Below the pieces are notes generated by a model, which saw only the letters and a program-made list of their open reading frames with translations, was not told the origin of the DNA and made no database searches. 64,000 bases of DNA from Alloascoidea hylecoeti (taxonomy: Eukaryota): NCBI GenBank assembly GCA_001600815.1, contig BCKZ01000006.1, forward strand, positions 372,001-436,000, read 5' to 3'. The position numbers and the translations under genes were made by a program. Below, in pieces: positions 36,323 through 47,278 of the stretch (positions are counted from its first letter, which is position 1; the number at the start of each line of letters is the position of its first letter).

Positions 36323-37849
36323 CTGTTTTTTCTCTACCGTAAATGGGATCTAAACTAGAGGATGATGTTCTATTATAGTACTCAGGGAAGAAAGAAGAGT
36401 GTCAAGAATACACAAAAATAAGAAGCATAGAAAAAGAGGTTTTTATTTCACTATATATAGTATATATTTCCTCAGAATTTACATAGTTTCTAGTTATATA
36501 ATTTAATTGGAAAATATATGAAAAGTTAAAAAATGACATAGTAGAAGAAAATATATATGCAGATCAATATACGTTACATTCTTTTCCCAATAGTTCGTTA
36601 ATTTAGTAATAACATACTTTCACTGTGCTGGTATTTTTGATAAATGATAAGGGGTTTCTCATTAAGTCTGGTTTGTTCGTTTCTAGTTATAATATTATTT
36701 GGAAATCTAAGAAAGGTTTTCTTCTTCTATATCTGCAAACAACGACGTTTGAGTAAGAGAAATATATGAAGGTTCTTCTAGAACCAGGTTTAAAAGGGAT
36801 TAAAAATGTAACGATTTTACACCGAATAGCATTGTAAAAGTAAATCTAATTTTGAATTAAAGTTTTGTGAATAGAATCGGGAAGTAAATGTTAAAGGACT
36901 CTCTAATCTAAAGTAGCAAGAACTTGAGGAATTTATATGATGCAATGATATCGCTAAAAGCAATAATATGGACATGCATATGCATAAGAATCATTTACGA
37001 CGGATATAGTACATCGATATATATCCTTAATCATTATTATTTTAGAATGAAGTTGGGGCTTGAAAATGGAATTAAGCATCTCTCTTGTGGTTGCAATTAG
37101 ACAGACGATTTAGTTATAAAAAGTTGATCATGATTTTAAATCCTACGAACTCATTAATTATAAGACCACCATTCTTTGAATATCTGACAATAGTTAATTA
37201 TAACACATAACGGTGCTTTTATAACTAATTCAATTAAATTTTAATGATATGCACAGAGCGCTTTAGTGAGACAATTGGAGTTTTGAAAATTTAAAGAAAA
37301 GCTATTAATTTCAATATAGATTAAACATAAAATTCAATTTGTTATAACTGAAATATCGAATAACCTTCAAAATAACTTACATTTTAAGTCTAGCCTTTTG
37401 GAACAATAATATATAATACCCCATCTTTATATAATATATAGCCAGTTCATCGTTTAAATAGGTTTCTCTCTTTAAATTGGTTTCTCTCTTATCATTAAGT
37501 TTCAATAAAGTTCATAAGTATTAATTGAAAATTTAAGAATTTGAATGATTAAAATTGCAATATTATTTGTGATCATGGAAATCTAGTTGGCAATATATTA
37601 ATTCATTTGTCGTGATATCTTATCTATCTATATATTCTCTTTTCTCTCGATCCTTTATTTCATTTCAAATATTCCATAGAATGACTTCTAGAATACTCTT
37701 AGGCGAGATTTCAAGTAATTGCAGTCTTAAAAAGCAATTGCAATCAACTAGCTAGGGTTACTGAAATATGTAATCTAAGTGAACATGCCTTCCCAATTTC
37801 AAAAATAAACAAGGGATTTAATATTAACTGTCCTAAAGTAGATAAAAGA

Positions 37850-38180
37850 TCTGGGTGGTTCACAGTAAAGAAATATGCCAACGACTCTTTTGGTGTAACA
37901 CCTTCTTGAACGCGAAAGCCTTAAAACCTTACAAAAAGAGCGGTAAATTAAAAATTTGGGGTCGAAAAAGCTCTTCCCCTTGAATCCGTCCGATAAGCTT
38001 GGTTAAAAGTTTAACAACAATATATCAAAGACGATCCTTAGAATCCTTTTGAACAAAACCTGGATATGTGTGTAACATTTTCGGTACATGAAATGCCTGG
38101 ATGAGAAGAACTGGTGCCAAAGGAACAGACAGATGGAACCTAAAGATAGATTAGACTGGAATAAATGTTATTTATAAATA
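37850..38180 (+). pseudogene. Tc1-family transposase relic (N-terminal HTH region to just before the first catalytic Asp)
   Basis: Broken frames give ALKPYKKSGKL..GRK, QQYIKDDP and LDEKN...KDRLDW. It shares CTGGATGAGAAGAAC and CTAAAGATAGATT with the clearer relic at 55.4 kb (minus). Confidence 0.55.
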
Positions 38181-38518
38181 ATATTGCAATTAACCAATAG
38201 ATTTAAGAGCATCAACCAACTGATTCAATCATATAAAAAAACAAAGCTGCCTAACGTTAACAAACATAAACACATGCAACACACACTTAAAGAGATAGTA
38301 TGGAAGAAGTTTTACTTGCCCTTGGTCATGCCTGAGAGCGAAGCTTGAGATATCGCAGAGTAACCATTCAAACGCTAGCATATCTCACAAGAGTGCAATT
38401 ACATTAGAATCACAGGATAAAGCTTAAAGATAATATGCATAATCATGAACTACATAAATGTAAATCTAAATTAACTCATTAAACATAAAATTATTTAATC
38501 ATCAACATTTATATATTT

Positions 38519-40047
38519 TTATTTGAAAACTTTACCATCAGCAACTTCTCTAGATTCACCATTAATGATTAAAGGTTTATCCCAAGCCCATAAATCATTG
38601 ATCAATTCTTTACTTTCTGGTTTAGTAGCATCTAATTTAGTGAAATCGTAAGATTCCCAATCTGGTGCAACATCAAAAGCAGGTTTGAAATCTTGTCCTC
38701 TAACCAAGAAAGCACCAGTAATACCATTATTATTATTTTCACCATAAACAACCATACAACCAAATAAATATTTTGTTGAAGCAGATAATCTATTGAAAAA
38801 ACCACCAACTAAATTATTTGACATAAAAGTTAAAGTTAATTCATCATTATATTTATAATCGACTTTCCATAATGACCATTCAGCTGGGTCATAATTTTCC
38901 CAAAACCATGGTAAAGCGGTTGGACGTGTATCTTCATTTGAATAAACACGTTTCCATTCATCTAATGGGATTTTTGATTTACCTAATAATTCCAAAGGAT
39001 GTTTTGGTTTTTTTTCTTCAGCAGCCGGAGCCGGAGCAGCATCACTAGCAGGGGCGGCTTCAACTTTCTTAGCTTTTGGTTTCTCTTGTTGTGGTTGTTT
39101 TGCTTTCTTCTCCTTCTTTGGTGGAGTATATTTAATCATCTCTTCAGCAAATTCAAAATCTTTAAACGATGGACTTAAAATTGGATGAGCAATTAAAGTT
39201 TTAAACCATCTAACTATATTGACATGATTTGATCTCCATTCTTTTGATAAAATTAATTTAAAAGACAAAGAAATAAGAGTAGCAGCAAATAAATCAGCTA
39301 AAGTGACTCTTTCAGAAACAAGATAAGTATAATTTGAAAGACGAGTTTCAGCAACTGATAAAAACTTTTCTAATTTCTCTAAACTTGTATCAATACCTTT
39401 TTTATTATACTGCGTATAACCAAGAATTGGAGCAATGACACCAAAACTTGCACTGAAAATATCAGAATTGGTGAATGACAACCATTTTAAGATTTCAGCA
39501 TTTTCTTCCTCAGTTTTACCAAGGAACTTGTGTTCTCCAACAAATTTAAGGACTGGAAATATAAATGAATAATAGTTAGTAATTTATAGTTATATGCAAG
39601 TTTTTTTTTTTTTTTTTTAATAAAATAACTTTAAAATATGAACATGTTTTTTTTTTTCAGATCTACATTCTCAACACGGAGGATTAAGACAGGGATAACT
39701 GTATAGAATAAAAATGTCTCATCATTTAAAAAACAATCATGATATCATATTGATAAATAAAGAAGGAAAAGAAAAAAGAAAACATACGGTAAGTGTTAAT
39801 GGCAATACACTCAGTTAATTTGAAACCCTTTTGACCTCTAAAAGCAGGACGTGATTTTAAAGGAAAGTCTTTTTCAAATTGATCATCAGAACCTTCTTGG
39901 ATGGTGATATCCAAGTCGTAGTATTTGACCAAATCCCTGGCGAGGATAGAACGAGGAGACTATTATATATTAGATGATGAAAACATCAATTAATACTGCA
40001 AAGAATAAACAACATACGGCGTTAACGTAGAGAGTTCCGAGAGACAT
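38519..40047 (-). CDS. TEF4: Translation elongation factor eEF1B-gamma (Tef4/Cam1), 3 exons
   Basis: Exons 40047-40018, 39959-39788 and 39552-38519. Introns 40017-39960 (GTATGT...TAG) and 39787-39553 (GTATGT...TACTAAC...CAG). GST-like N-domain and C-domain LDEWKRVYSNEDTR...APDWESY...DGKVFK. Confidence 0.95.
39655..39728 (-). ncRNA. snR38: Intronic box C/D snoRNA snR38 (guide for 25S rRNA Gm2815-equivalent)
   Basis: In TEF4 intron 2: C box ATGATGA (39725-39719), guide AGTTATCCCTGT complementary to LSU ACAGGGATAACT, D'-like CTTA, D box CTGA (39660-39657). S. cerevisiae snR38 is hosted in the TEF4 intron. Confidence 0.85.
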
Positions 40048-40108
40048 TTCGGTTCAATTGTTTTTGTTTGTAAGAAGAAACTTGAAGAAATTGGAAGAAA
40101 CAAACGAG

Positions 40109-40139
40109 AAAAGTTTTTCAGATCTGGTTGAGTCACGTG
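40109..40139 (-). promoter_or_regulatory. RRPE-like element plus Cbf1 E-box in the eEF1B-gamma promoter
   Basis: TGAAAAACTTTT (minus, 40120-40109) and GTCACGTG (40132-40139), 60-90 bp upstream of the ATG. Confidence 0.45.
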
Positions 40140-41211
40140 TCACGAGGGAAAACGCTAGCCATGTTGAAATATACGCGTGTGCCTGAAAATACTGCGTCTG
40201 TCGTCGTATAAGGTGGTGGATATTATGACATTACCAGAAAATGTGGCTTTTTTGTTTGGAAATATGGAAGGGAGAGAGGAGTTGGGAAATAAGAAAAGAA
40301 AGCAGTTGCAAAAACATAAAATATAATAAAACATTAAATGTGATCACGACATTGGACGTGATTGCTTTCTGTCTAGTTCTGGGCTCACCACCCAAACAAC
40401 ATCTTCTACGAAAAGCAATTAATCAAAAAGAAAAATATTATTAATCTATTTCCAAAAACTCCAAATTTCTTTGGATGAAATCACAAGTAACGCAGTAATT
40501 AAATATCCTTGAAAATTGTATAAAAATTAGATATAAAACTTGTATGATGGAATTAATTAATCGTCTGATCCAATAGACCAGCTATGAAAACGCCATTAAA
40601 ACTCATTAAAGCTCATTATGGTTTGTTAACAATTGCAATAGGTTGAATTATTATGACATCATCATAATTAAAAGATGATAATCAAGAAATACCATCATCA
40701 GATCCATAAGAATAGTCTTGGACAAAAACTTGAATATGTTGCTCCGTTCATTTAGTTCTTTGATCGATATCATTTATCGAGATTGCCTAAGCTTAATTAG
40801 TTTATTGGCGTATACTATCTGCAATCCTAAACCTTTCAGAACATGTTATTATAGATGAGATGAATATTAAGGATTTGCAAGCGAATTGCAACTGCATAAC
40901 CGTGATATATTACTATCCATCAAAACCGCATATAATAACAGCTCACCCCCAGTTTTCATATCAATGAGGTATTATATGGTTATAACTTATATTATAAGGC
41001 CTTGTAAGATTATGGTGGACGCGCCAATTGAGATCCTTGACAATTATGATTGTTTTCATGTCCAATTTCGTTGGTATACATTGTAGTAATGATAGTACCA
41101 TGGCCACCAATTGTCTGGTATTTAGTTCTGACCATAATTAGTGCATTACTTCACCAAAATTAATCTCAAAATATCCTTAAAATCCTTATAATTACTATTG
41201 ATGCTTTTATA

Positions 41212-41420
41212 CAGCAATTCCACTTAAGTAAGGCCATTATTGTTACTTATTGGTCATCCTCATTACTGATTTTTCGCATCATTATTACCGGTATGGCCCG
41301 TCAATATGCACTGTTATGCAAGGATATAGAGCAACTTCGGGCGCCAAACTTATCCGAAAAGCGGTTATGGAGATGGCGATAATTAACGGCCAGAATGGCC
41401 GTATTTAAGTGTAATCACTA
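41212..41420 (-). mobile_element. MITE family A, copy 3 (inverted relative to copies 1 and 2)
   Basis: TA|CAGCAATTCCACTTAAGTAAGGCCATT ... AATGGCCGTATTTAAGTG. The reverse complement contains CCCGAAGTTG and CATATTGACGGGCCATACCGGTA. Confidence 0.75.
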
Positions 41421-41934
41421 CCCCTGCTTATAATTAGTGTTTATATTTGCTTTTCCCCCACAATGAATACAATTCCTGATGGACTTTACAACAATGTTAG
41501 TGAGAGCTTATAGCGAGTTTCTAGCTATTTTAAGTATCCGGTGGGTCTTAATGTTATTTGTTACGGTAATACATCATTACTTAGAGATCTGGAAGAGAAC
41601 ATTCATCTGCAGCCCTTCTAGTAAGCTTAAGCCGCTCATTTCAACTTGTAATTGCCAATTTCAAACATTTAATTGTGCGATTTGAAGGTGCCTTTATTGT
41701 AGGAATAAACCCTTTTTTGGAGGACACTTCGTTTATAAAGTTCTTGTAATTATTTGAGGATATCTTCTTAAACGTTCAATTACAACGTTAACATCAATCG
41801 TATTTTTACGAACATTATATTTTCATTAAAATAAACAAATTTGTATATTCAGCTATCGAAAAACTGTTCATCTGCAAAATTTCTCATTTATCATTAATAT
41901 AACACAAATTAAATCTCCTGGATAAAAAATATCA

Positions 41935-43497
41935 TTACTGATAAGGTGGTGGATTATCATCAAGATCACAATCATAATCATAAATATGATAATGATTTAG
42001 AAGATTGATATCAATATTACGAGATAATAAAAAACTCTGCTTTAAAATATCACTAAAATTAATACTAATTCCAAAATCATTTTTCAGAAATTTAGAAAAT
42101 GGTCGAGTCGTTTTACAAGTCGACTGTGATTGGGTATCATCCTTGAGGTTGTAATTGAATTGATTTGAACTTGAATTCAATTTAAGTGATGTAATATAAT
42201 CCTTATCATGATCTTTATTATAGTTATTTGTTCCCAATTTATGAATTAAAGGTGATTCTGACATTAAACGAGATAATATTGGAATTTCTAGAAATTTCCT
42301 ATGAGAATTATCCTCTTCATAATTATTAGTATTAGTTGTTGAACTATTAAAGGCCACATTTGACATAACATCATTAATATTTTTGACTTCTGAGGTTTCA
42401 GATTGATTGTTTTGACATGTATTATTATTATTATTTAATTGAAATTGTTCTAGATTAAGATGAATGACTCTTCTTTTTGGTTTTGAATTTTTTGAATGTC
42501 TTTTGTTATAAAGTTTAGTTTGATGATTTGCAATCTCTGAACAGTAATCACGGACATCATTTGATTCTTTAGCCATTTTTTCATCTATTAACGAAATATC
42601 TTTTGATGTTGTTAATGATTGTTCTTTTTTTAAAATTGCTTGATCAATTGGGTTGTCATTTTTATTATTTATAAGACACTTATTGGTACAATTGCAATCT
42701 TTCCAATTTCTATTCCAATTGCAATTGGGTGTCACTAGATGTGGCGAGACTGTTGAGAGAAAATATGGTGGTAATAACAATCCATTATTTCGCATCTGTA
42801 GTAGTTGTAAAGGAACATAATGACATGTTTTATTATCCCTATATTTAAACCCATTACCGGTGGTAGTATTATCAGGAGTTGTATATTCTTTGCATAAGTT
42901 CTGTATAACAATAGGAACTTGTGTTTTAATTATCACCCTAATATATCTTTCAATTTGTTCCTTTAAACCATCTATTAATTCAGGATAAGTATCATCTATA
43001 TTTGTAGAAATGATTATATTTTTTAAAGGATCATTTAAAAATTCTATTTGTGGACCGATTTTAGAATTAAAAGTTATAAAAAATTTTGACTTAATGGATA
43101 TCGATGAAAGTTTAATAAGTAGTGGAATTGAAAGACTTTTATCTGTTAATATAAATTGTGGTGAAACCTCTGTGAGACATGATTTATCTTTTTTTGATAA
43201 GATTGAAGAGAAAGGATTTGTTTCGATATTAGTTGATAAATAGATTTCTAAATCTCCATCTTGATAAATGAAACTTAAAGTTGCTTTAAATTCATCATTA
43301 TCATTAATTTCAAATTCCTCAACTTCGAATATTGGTTGTATTGTGCCTAACTTTAAATCATGTAAAAGTAATGGGGGCGATATTTTAGGAATATTATTGA
43401 GATGATCGGAAAGTTTGAGGACATCCTTCATAAGCTTCGTTATCCATTCTTGAAAAGAAATTTGGTCGATAGTCGACCAGTTGAAATAAAAAGACAT
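41935..43497 (-). CDS. MDM34: Mdm34, ERMES SMP-domain subunit (divergent), 520 aa
   Basis: N-terminal MSFYFNW, SMP-like LKLGTIQP...ETNPF...FLNDPLKNI.ISTN.D, basic KPKRRVI and C-terminal PY motif PPPYQ. Confidence 0.8.
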   Translation of the reverse strand: MSFYFNWSTIDQISFQEWITKLMKDVLKLSDHLNNIPKISPPLLLHDLKLGTIQPIFEVEEFEINDNDEFKATLSFIYQDGDLEIYLSTNIETNPFSSILSKKDKSCLTEVSPQFILTDKSLSIPLLIKLSSISIKSKFFITFNSKIGPQIEFLNDPLKNIIISTNIDDTYPELIDGLKEQIERYIRVIIKTQVPIVIQNLCKEYTTPDNTTTGNGFKYRDNKTCHYVPLQLLQMRNNGLLLPPYFLSTVSPHLVTPNCNWNRNWKDCNCTNKCLINNKNDNPIDQAILKKEQSLTTSKDISLIDEKMAKESNDVRDYCSEIANHQTKLYNKRHSKNSKPKRRVIHLNLEQFQLNNNNNTCQNNQSETSEVKNINDVMSNVAFNSSTTNTNNYEEDNSHRKFLEIPILSRLMSESPLIHKLGTNNYNKDHDKDYITSLKLNSSSNQFNYNLKDDTQSQSTCKTTRPFSKFLKNDFGISINFSDILKQSFLLSRNIDINLLNHYHIYDYDCDLDDNPPPYQ

Positions 43498-43884
43498 TGA
43501 TTTAAGAAAGAAGGTGATGATTCCAGTTGCTTAAGTAGTGATTAATGTGACCCTACTAACTAACTTATGATAATTATAATATCAATATAAAAAGTATATG
43601 AAGAGTAGTTCAAAACACTAAAGTGAAAATGAGAAAAGGAGAAGAAAATATATTTATAGAAATGGGTATGATTTTGTGTAAGTTATCAATATTACTATTT
43701 TATCCGTTCCGGTTCATATAAAATGGAGTTTAAAAAAAGTTGCCTGACTTTACCAGTATTAAACTTAATTAACAGAGACATTTATTTTCCCCCAATAAAA
43801 GAACTCATGATAAAATCAATCTATTAATTAAAGCCTTAAAACCTGTGGATTTTGATTGATTGATTGTTTAATATTAATGGTTAA

Positions 43885-44300
43885 CTAATTTGGGTTTGAT
43901 ATTTGAGCACGGCTTAACATGGCATCAATTTTCTCAATTGCATTTTTTTCAGAAATTGTTGTATCTTTTAACTCGTTGAAGAATTGAATAGATGAAATAG
44001 AATCATTCATTATAACCGTGAATTGGATCTTAGAATTGGATTCTTCATTTTGTGAAATATATTCAGAATCTTCTTCTACTTTCTGTAAATAAAAAAAACA
44101 TGAAAATGTTAAAACTATTATAATTAGAAAATATTCAAAGAGTGTCTTACTTCGAATAGAATGACAGTTCCACTAGAAGGGTCAATGTTAAATAAAAACC
44201 CTTCAAGGGGTTCCTTTTTGGCATCTGGTTTAAACAACACCAAAACTTTTTGCCCTCTCTTCTGTTCCACCTGTGATGGAGGAATATTGTAAAATGTCAT
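43885..44300 (-). CDS. Small Sm-fold protein, Gemin6-like, 2 exons, 115 aa (absent from the ORF track)
   Basis: Exon 1 44300-44151 is exactly 50 codons; 68-nt intron GTAAGA...TTCTAAT...TTTACAG (44150-44083); exon 2 44082-43885 is 65 codons plus TAG. Protein: MTFYNIPPSQVEQKRGQKVLVLFKPDAKKEPLEGFLFNIDPSSGTVILFE/KVEEDSEYISQNEESNSKIQFTVIMNDSISSIQFFNELKDTTISEKNAIEKIDAMLSRAQISNPN. Confidence 0.75.
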
Positions 44301-44411
44301 GATATATTAAATACACAAAAAGGAGTAGCTGAGAATCTGAGGGTGTGTGGGAGTTTTTATGTTTTCTGATAACCTTTTTCGAAGCTTTTCTTTCCACCGA
44401 CACACCGAAAA

Positions 44412-45473
44412 ATGGAGTCCAACCCAAGACCACCGCCTATTAGACGCAAGAGCACCTTAATTCTCACCGACGATATCGAGTTCGATAAGTTGAACCTATC
44501 GAAGCAAGAGGAACATGAACCTAAATTGTTGGGACGAGCTGGTTCCGGTGAACAGATCCAGCTCCATGAAATGCACATTGATGAACCATCCCAAACTTCA
44601 ACCTCTCAAGACCAAACTTCCGTTGATAATGCTTTAAATTCTCAGCAGACCTCAAATGCCTCTAATGATTCTTCAAAACCACCCGCAAATCCAAATATGT
44701 TACCGGTAGAAATTAAATGGGTTCAAGGAGGAAATAATGTCTACGTCACTGGTTCGTTTACATCATGGCGTAAAATGATTAGATTACCCAAGGTTGGTGA
44801 TGGGAATTTCCTTATTTGTTTAAATTTGCCTATTGGTACCCATCGCTTTAGATTTGTCGTTGATGACGAGTTGAGATTCTCGGACTTCTTGCCGACTGCT
44901 ACAGATCAGCTGGGAAACTTTGTAAATTATATCGAGGTGTTACCATTAAATTCTCCTTATTCGAGACCATCTTCACAGACTAATTTACAAATGAGTACAC
45001 CTGTTGAAGCCGTGTCTTCTTCCCAAACTCCAACAGATACAGTCCCAGCTGTTCCAGGTACTGCGGAATACAATTATCAAGGAGATGATGATGAGATGGG
45101 CAATGGTTATACAAGATTTCATGAAGAAACGGCACCAAAGCCCACATATGAATACACTTCTGAAATACCTGCTGTTTTCACAGACCCTTCTATTATGGAA
45201 CAGTACTATTTGACCTTAGATAATAGTAACTCATCATCAAATAGTTGGCTGACTCCACCTCAATTACCACCTCATTTGGAAAGTGTTATATTAAATAATT
45301 ATAATACTGATAAGAATGCTAATAACGTCAGTGGTGCTTTACCAATTCCCAATCATGTTGTGTTGAATCATTTAGCAACAACTAGTATTAAACATAATAC
45401 TTTAGCTGTTGCCAGTATATTACGATATTCGAGGAAATATGTTACTCAGATTTTATATGCTCCTTTACAGTAA
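44412..45473 (+). CDS. GAL83: Snf1/AMPK beta subunit (Gal83/Sip2 type), 353 aa
   Basis: CBM48 PVEIKWVQGGNNVYVTGSFTSWRKMI...GTHRFRFVVD; ASC domain WLTPPQLPPHLESVILN...LPIPNHVVLNHLATTSIK...KYVTQILYAPLQ. No Gly2. Confidence 0.9.
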   Translation: MESNPRPPPIRRKSTLILTDDIEFDKLNLSKQEEHEPKLLGRAGSGEQIQLHEMHIDEPSQTSTSQDQTSVDNALNSQQTSNASNDSSKPPANPNMLPVEIKWVQGGNNVYVTGSFTSWRKMIRLPKVGDGNFLICLNLPIGTHRFRFVVDDELRFSDFLPTATDQLGNFVNYIEVLPLNSPYSRPSSQTNLQMSTPVEAVSSSQTPTDTVPAVPGTAEYNYQGDDDEMGNGYTRFHEETAPKPTYEYTSEIPAVFTDPSIMEQYYLTLDNSNSSSNSWLTPPQLPPHLESVILNNYNTDKNANNVSGALPIPNHVVLNHLATTSIKHNTLAVASILRYSRKYVTQILYAPLQ

Positions 45474-45690
45474 AAACCATATTTATAATTAGCTATAGTT
45501 TCTTTTTGTACCCTCTCTTTATAAAACAGATAAAAGAAACTATTATAGAAATAATACAAGTTAAGAATTGAAACTACATAATGAAATGTATTGGAAATAT
45601 AAACTAGCAAATCAATATTCTTCAACTTATAACAATTATATAGTCCTTTTTATCCTCCCATCACCCTCTCTTTTTAAGCTTCTAATGAAA

Positions 45691-46914
45691 TCATGTTTGC
45701 TTGCATTCACTTGGCTCTTGCTTCTTTCCATCAGCTGCTCCTTCCTCTTCATCTTCCTCATCATCATCGTCGTCGTCGTCATCGTCATCTTCGTCTTCAT
45801 CTTCTTCACTTCCGTCCTCGTAAAGCTCATCAAAGTCATCGTATTCCAGAGCGGATCCTGTAAACCAGTCAATTGCCCTTGGGATCAGTTTATCTTTGAT
45901 CTCTTCACCTAATTGATAATCCAATTCTAATCTTTCTTCTAAGTCGTCTTCTTCTTCATTTTCTTCCTCCTCTTCATCTTGCTCAGGCGATGGTGGCGTT
46001 GGTGGGCTGAAGAAGTTAAAGAAAGATTCAATAGGTGTGATCTTTTCGACGACTCTGGTTTGCTTAGTATGCTTATTTCTCTGTTTCCTCTTCTCCACTG
46101 TGATTGTTAAATTCTTTTCGGATGATTTCCAATTAATCTTATCACCAGTAGCGTGATCATAAACAAACTCTCCCGTGTATCCGAGCTCTTCCTGATAATA
46201 ATAACTTTTTGTAAGAACTTCATTTGAGAAATATGGATTTGATTTGAAATGGAAATTAAGAGAAAAACCTGGTGTATCAAGATATTTCAACTGTATATCA
46301 GAGAGATATACCAAAGCTTCAGTATCACGTTCTGAAATGATATCAGATAGTGGGCGTAGGTTTTCCATTGTTGTGAGCCAAAAGTTTGCAATGCCTTTGA
46401 TATCAACATCCTCCTTATCTTCAGAAGTCTCTTCTTCTTTGGTTGAATCTTCTTCTGTGTCTTCCTTTTCTTCATCTTCACCTTCTTCAGCTTCTTCAAT
46501 GTGGAGCGCTTTACCCTTTTCAATTTCTTCTTCTGTAGGTTCTACATCACCATTAACAATATCTCTTCTCCTGTTATATAATGGCTCATATTTTTTAAAG
46601 TATTTCTTTTCTAGTTCTAATAATTCTTTCTGGAATTCTTCCTCTAACTTTAAATGATCCTTTTGAATTGCTTCAAGAGCAGCCACCCTGTTCTTAACAG
46701 ATTTGGGTAAAGAATCAATATAACCTGAATCTTTTCCAACCAAAGTTCCTAATTTTCCCTGGATCAATGAGAGTAATTGCGAAGAAGGTTCTTCAGCAAT
46801 TGTAGGTTGTGTTTGTGGATGTTGCTTTAAGTAAGATCCTGTAATAGAAGCAGGTGTGTTTTGAGGTGTAGGAGCCTGTGCAATCTCACCTAATTTCTTG
46901 CGAATATCACTCAT
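45691..46914 (-). CDS. NAP1: Nucleosome assembly protein Nap1, 407 aa
   Basis: APTPQNTPAS, KGIANFWLT, NPYFSNEVLTK and ESFFNFFSPP motifs, acidic tail, C-terminal CKQT. Confidence 0.95.
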   Translation of the reverse strand: MSDIRKKLGEIAQAPTPQNTPASITGSYLKQHPQTQPTIAEEPSSQLLSLIQGKLGTLVGKDSGYIDSLPKSVKNRVAALEAIQKDHLKLEEEFQKELLELEKKYFKKYEPLYNRRRDIVNGDVEPTEEEIEKGKALHIEEAEEGEDEEKEDTEEDSTKEEETSEDKEDVDIKGIANFWLTTMENLRPLSDIISERDTEALVYLSDIQLKYLDTPGFSLNFHFKSNPYFSNEVLTKSYYYQEELGYTGEFVYDHATGDKINWKSSEKNLTITVEKRKQRNKHTKQTRVVEKITPIESFFNFFSPPTPPSPEQDEEEEENEEEDDLEERLELDYQLGEEIKDKLIPRAIDWFTGSALEYDDFDELYEDGSEEDEDEDDDDDDDDDDEEDEEEGAADGKKQEPSECKQT

Positions 46915-47278
46915 AGTTCTCTGTATAAATCTATATATTCGCCGCCAAAAGTAGATATTATGTGCCTTAAGATTAGAAAAAAAAACTTCCTTTTTTTCTT
47001 CTTCTGACTAATTCGGGAATGACTTGAAAGAAACAGGAAAGGAGGAGTGAGAAATTTTTGTAATCATGTGACGACCGGGTAAGTTCCCCCAAATATAGGT
47101 ATCGATGCTTATTAACCAACACCATAAATAATAAGTAATATATTAGTTGATATTCTTGTTTTATAATTAATTTGCTATCGAAATATTCGATTTGCGACCC
47201 GTTGTACCGATTGCCGTATAATTATTTATATATCATTTAAATTAACCCCTTTTTTTATAAAAAATCGGAATTGCAAGT

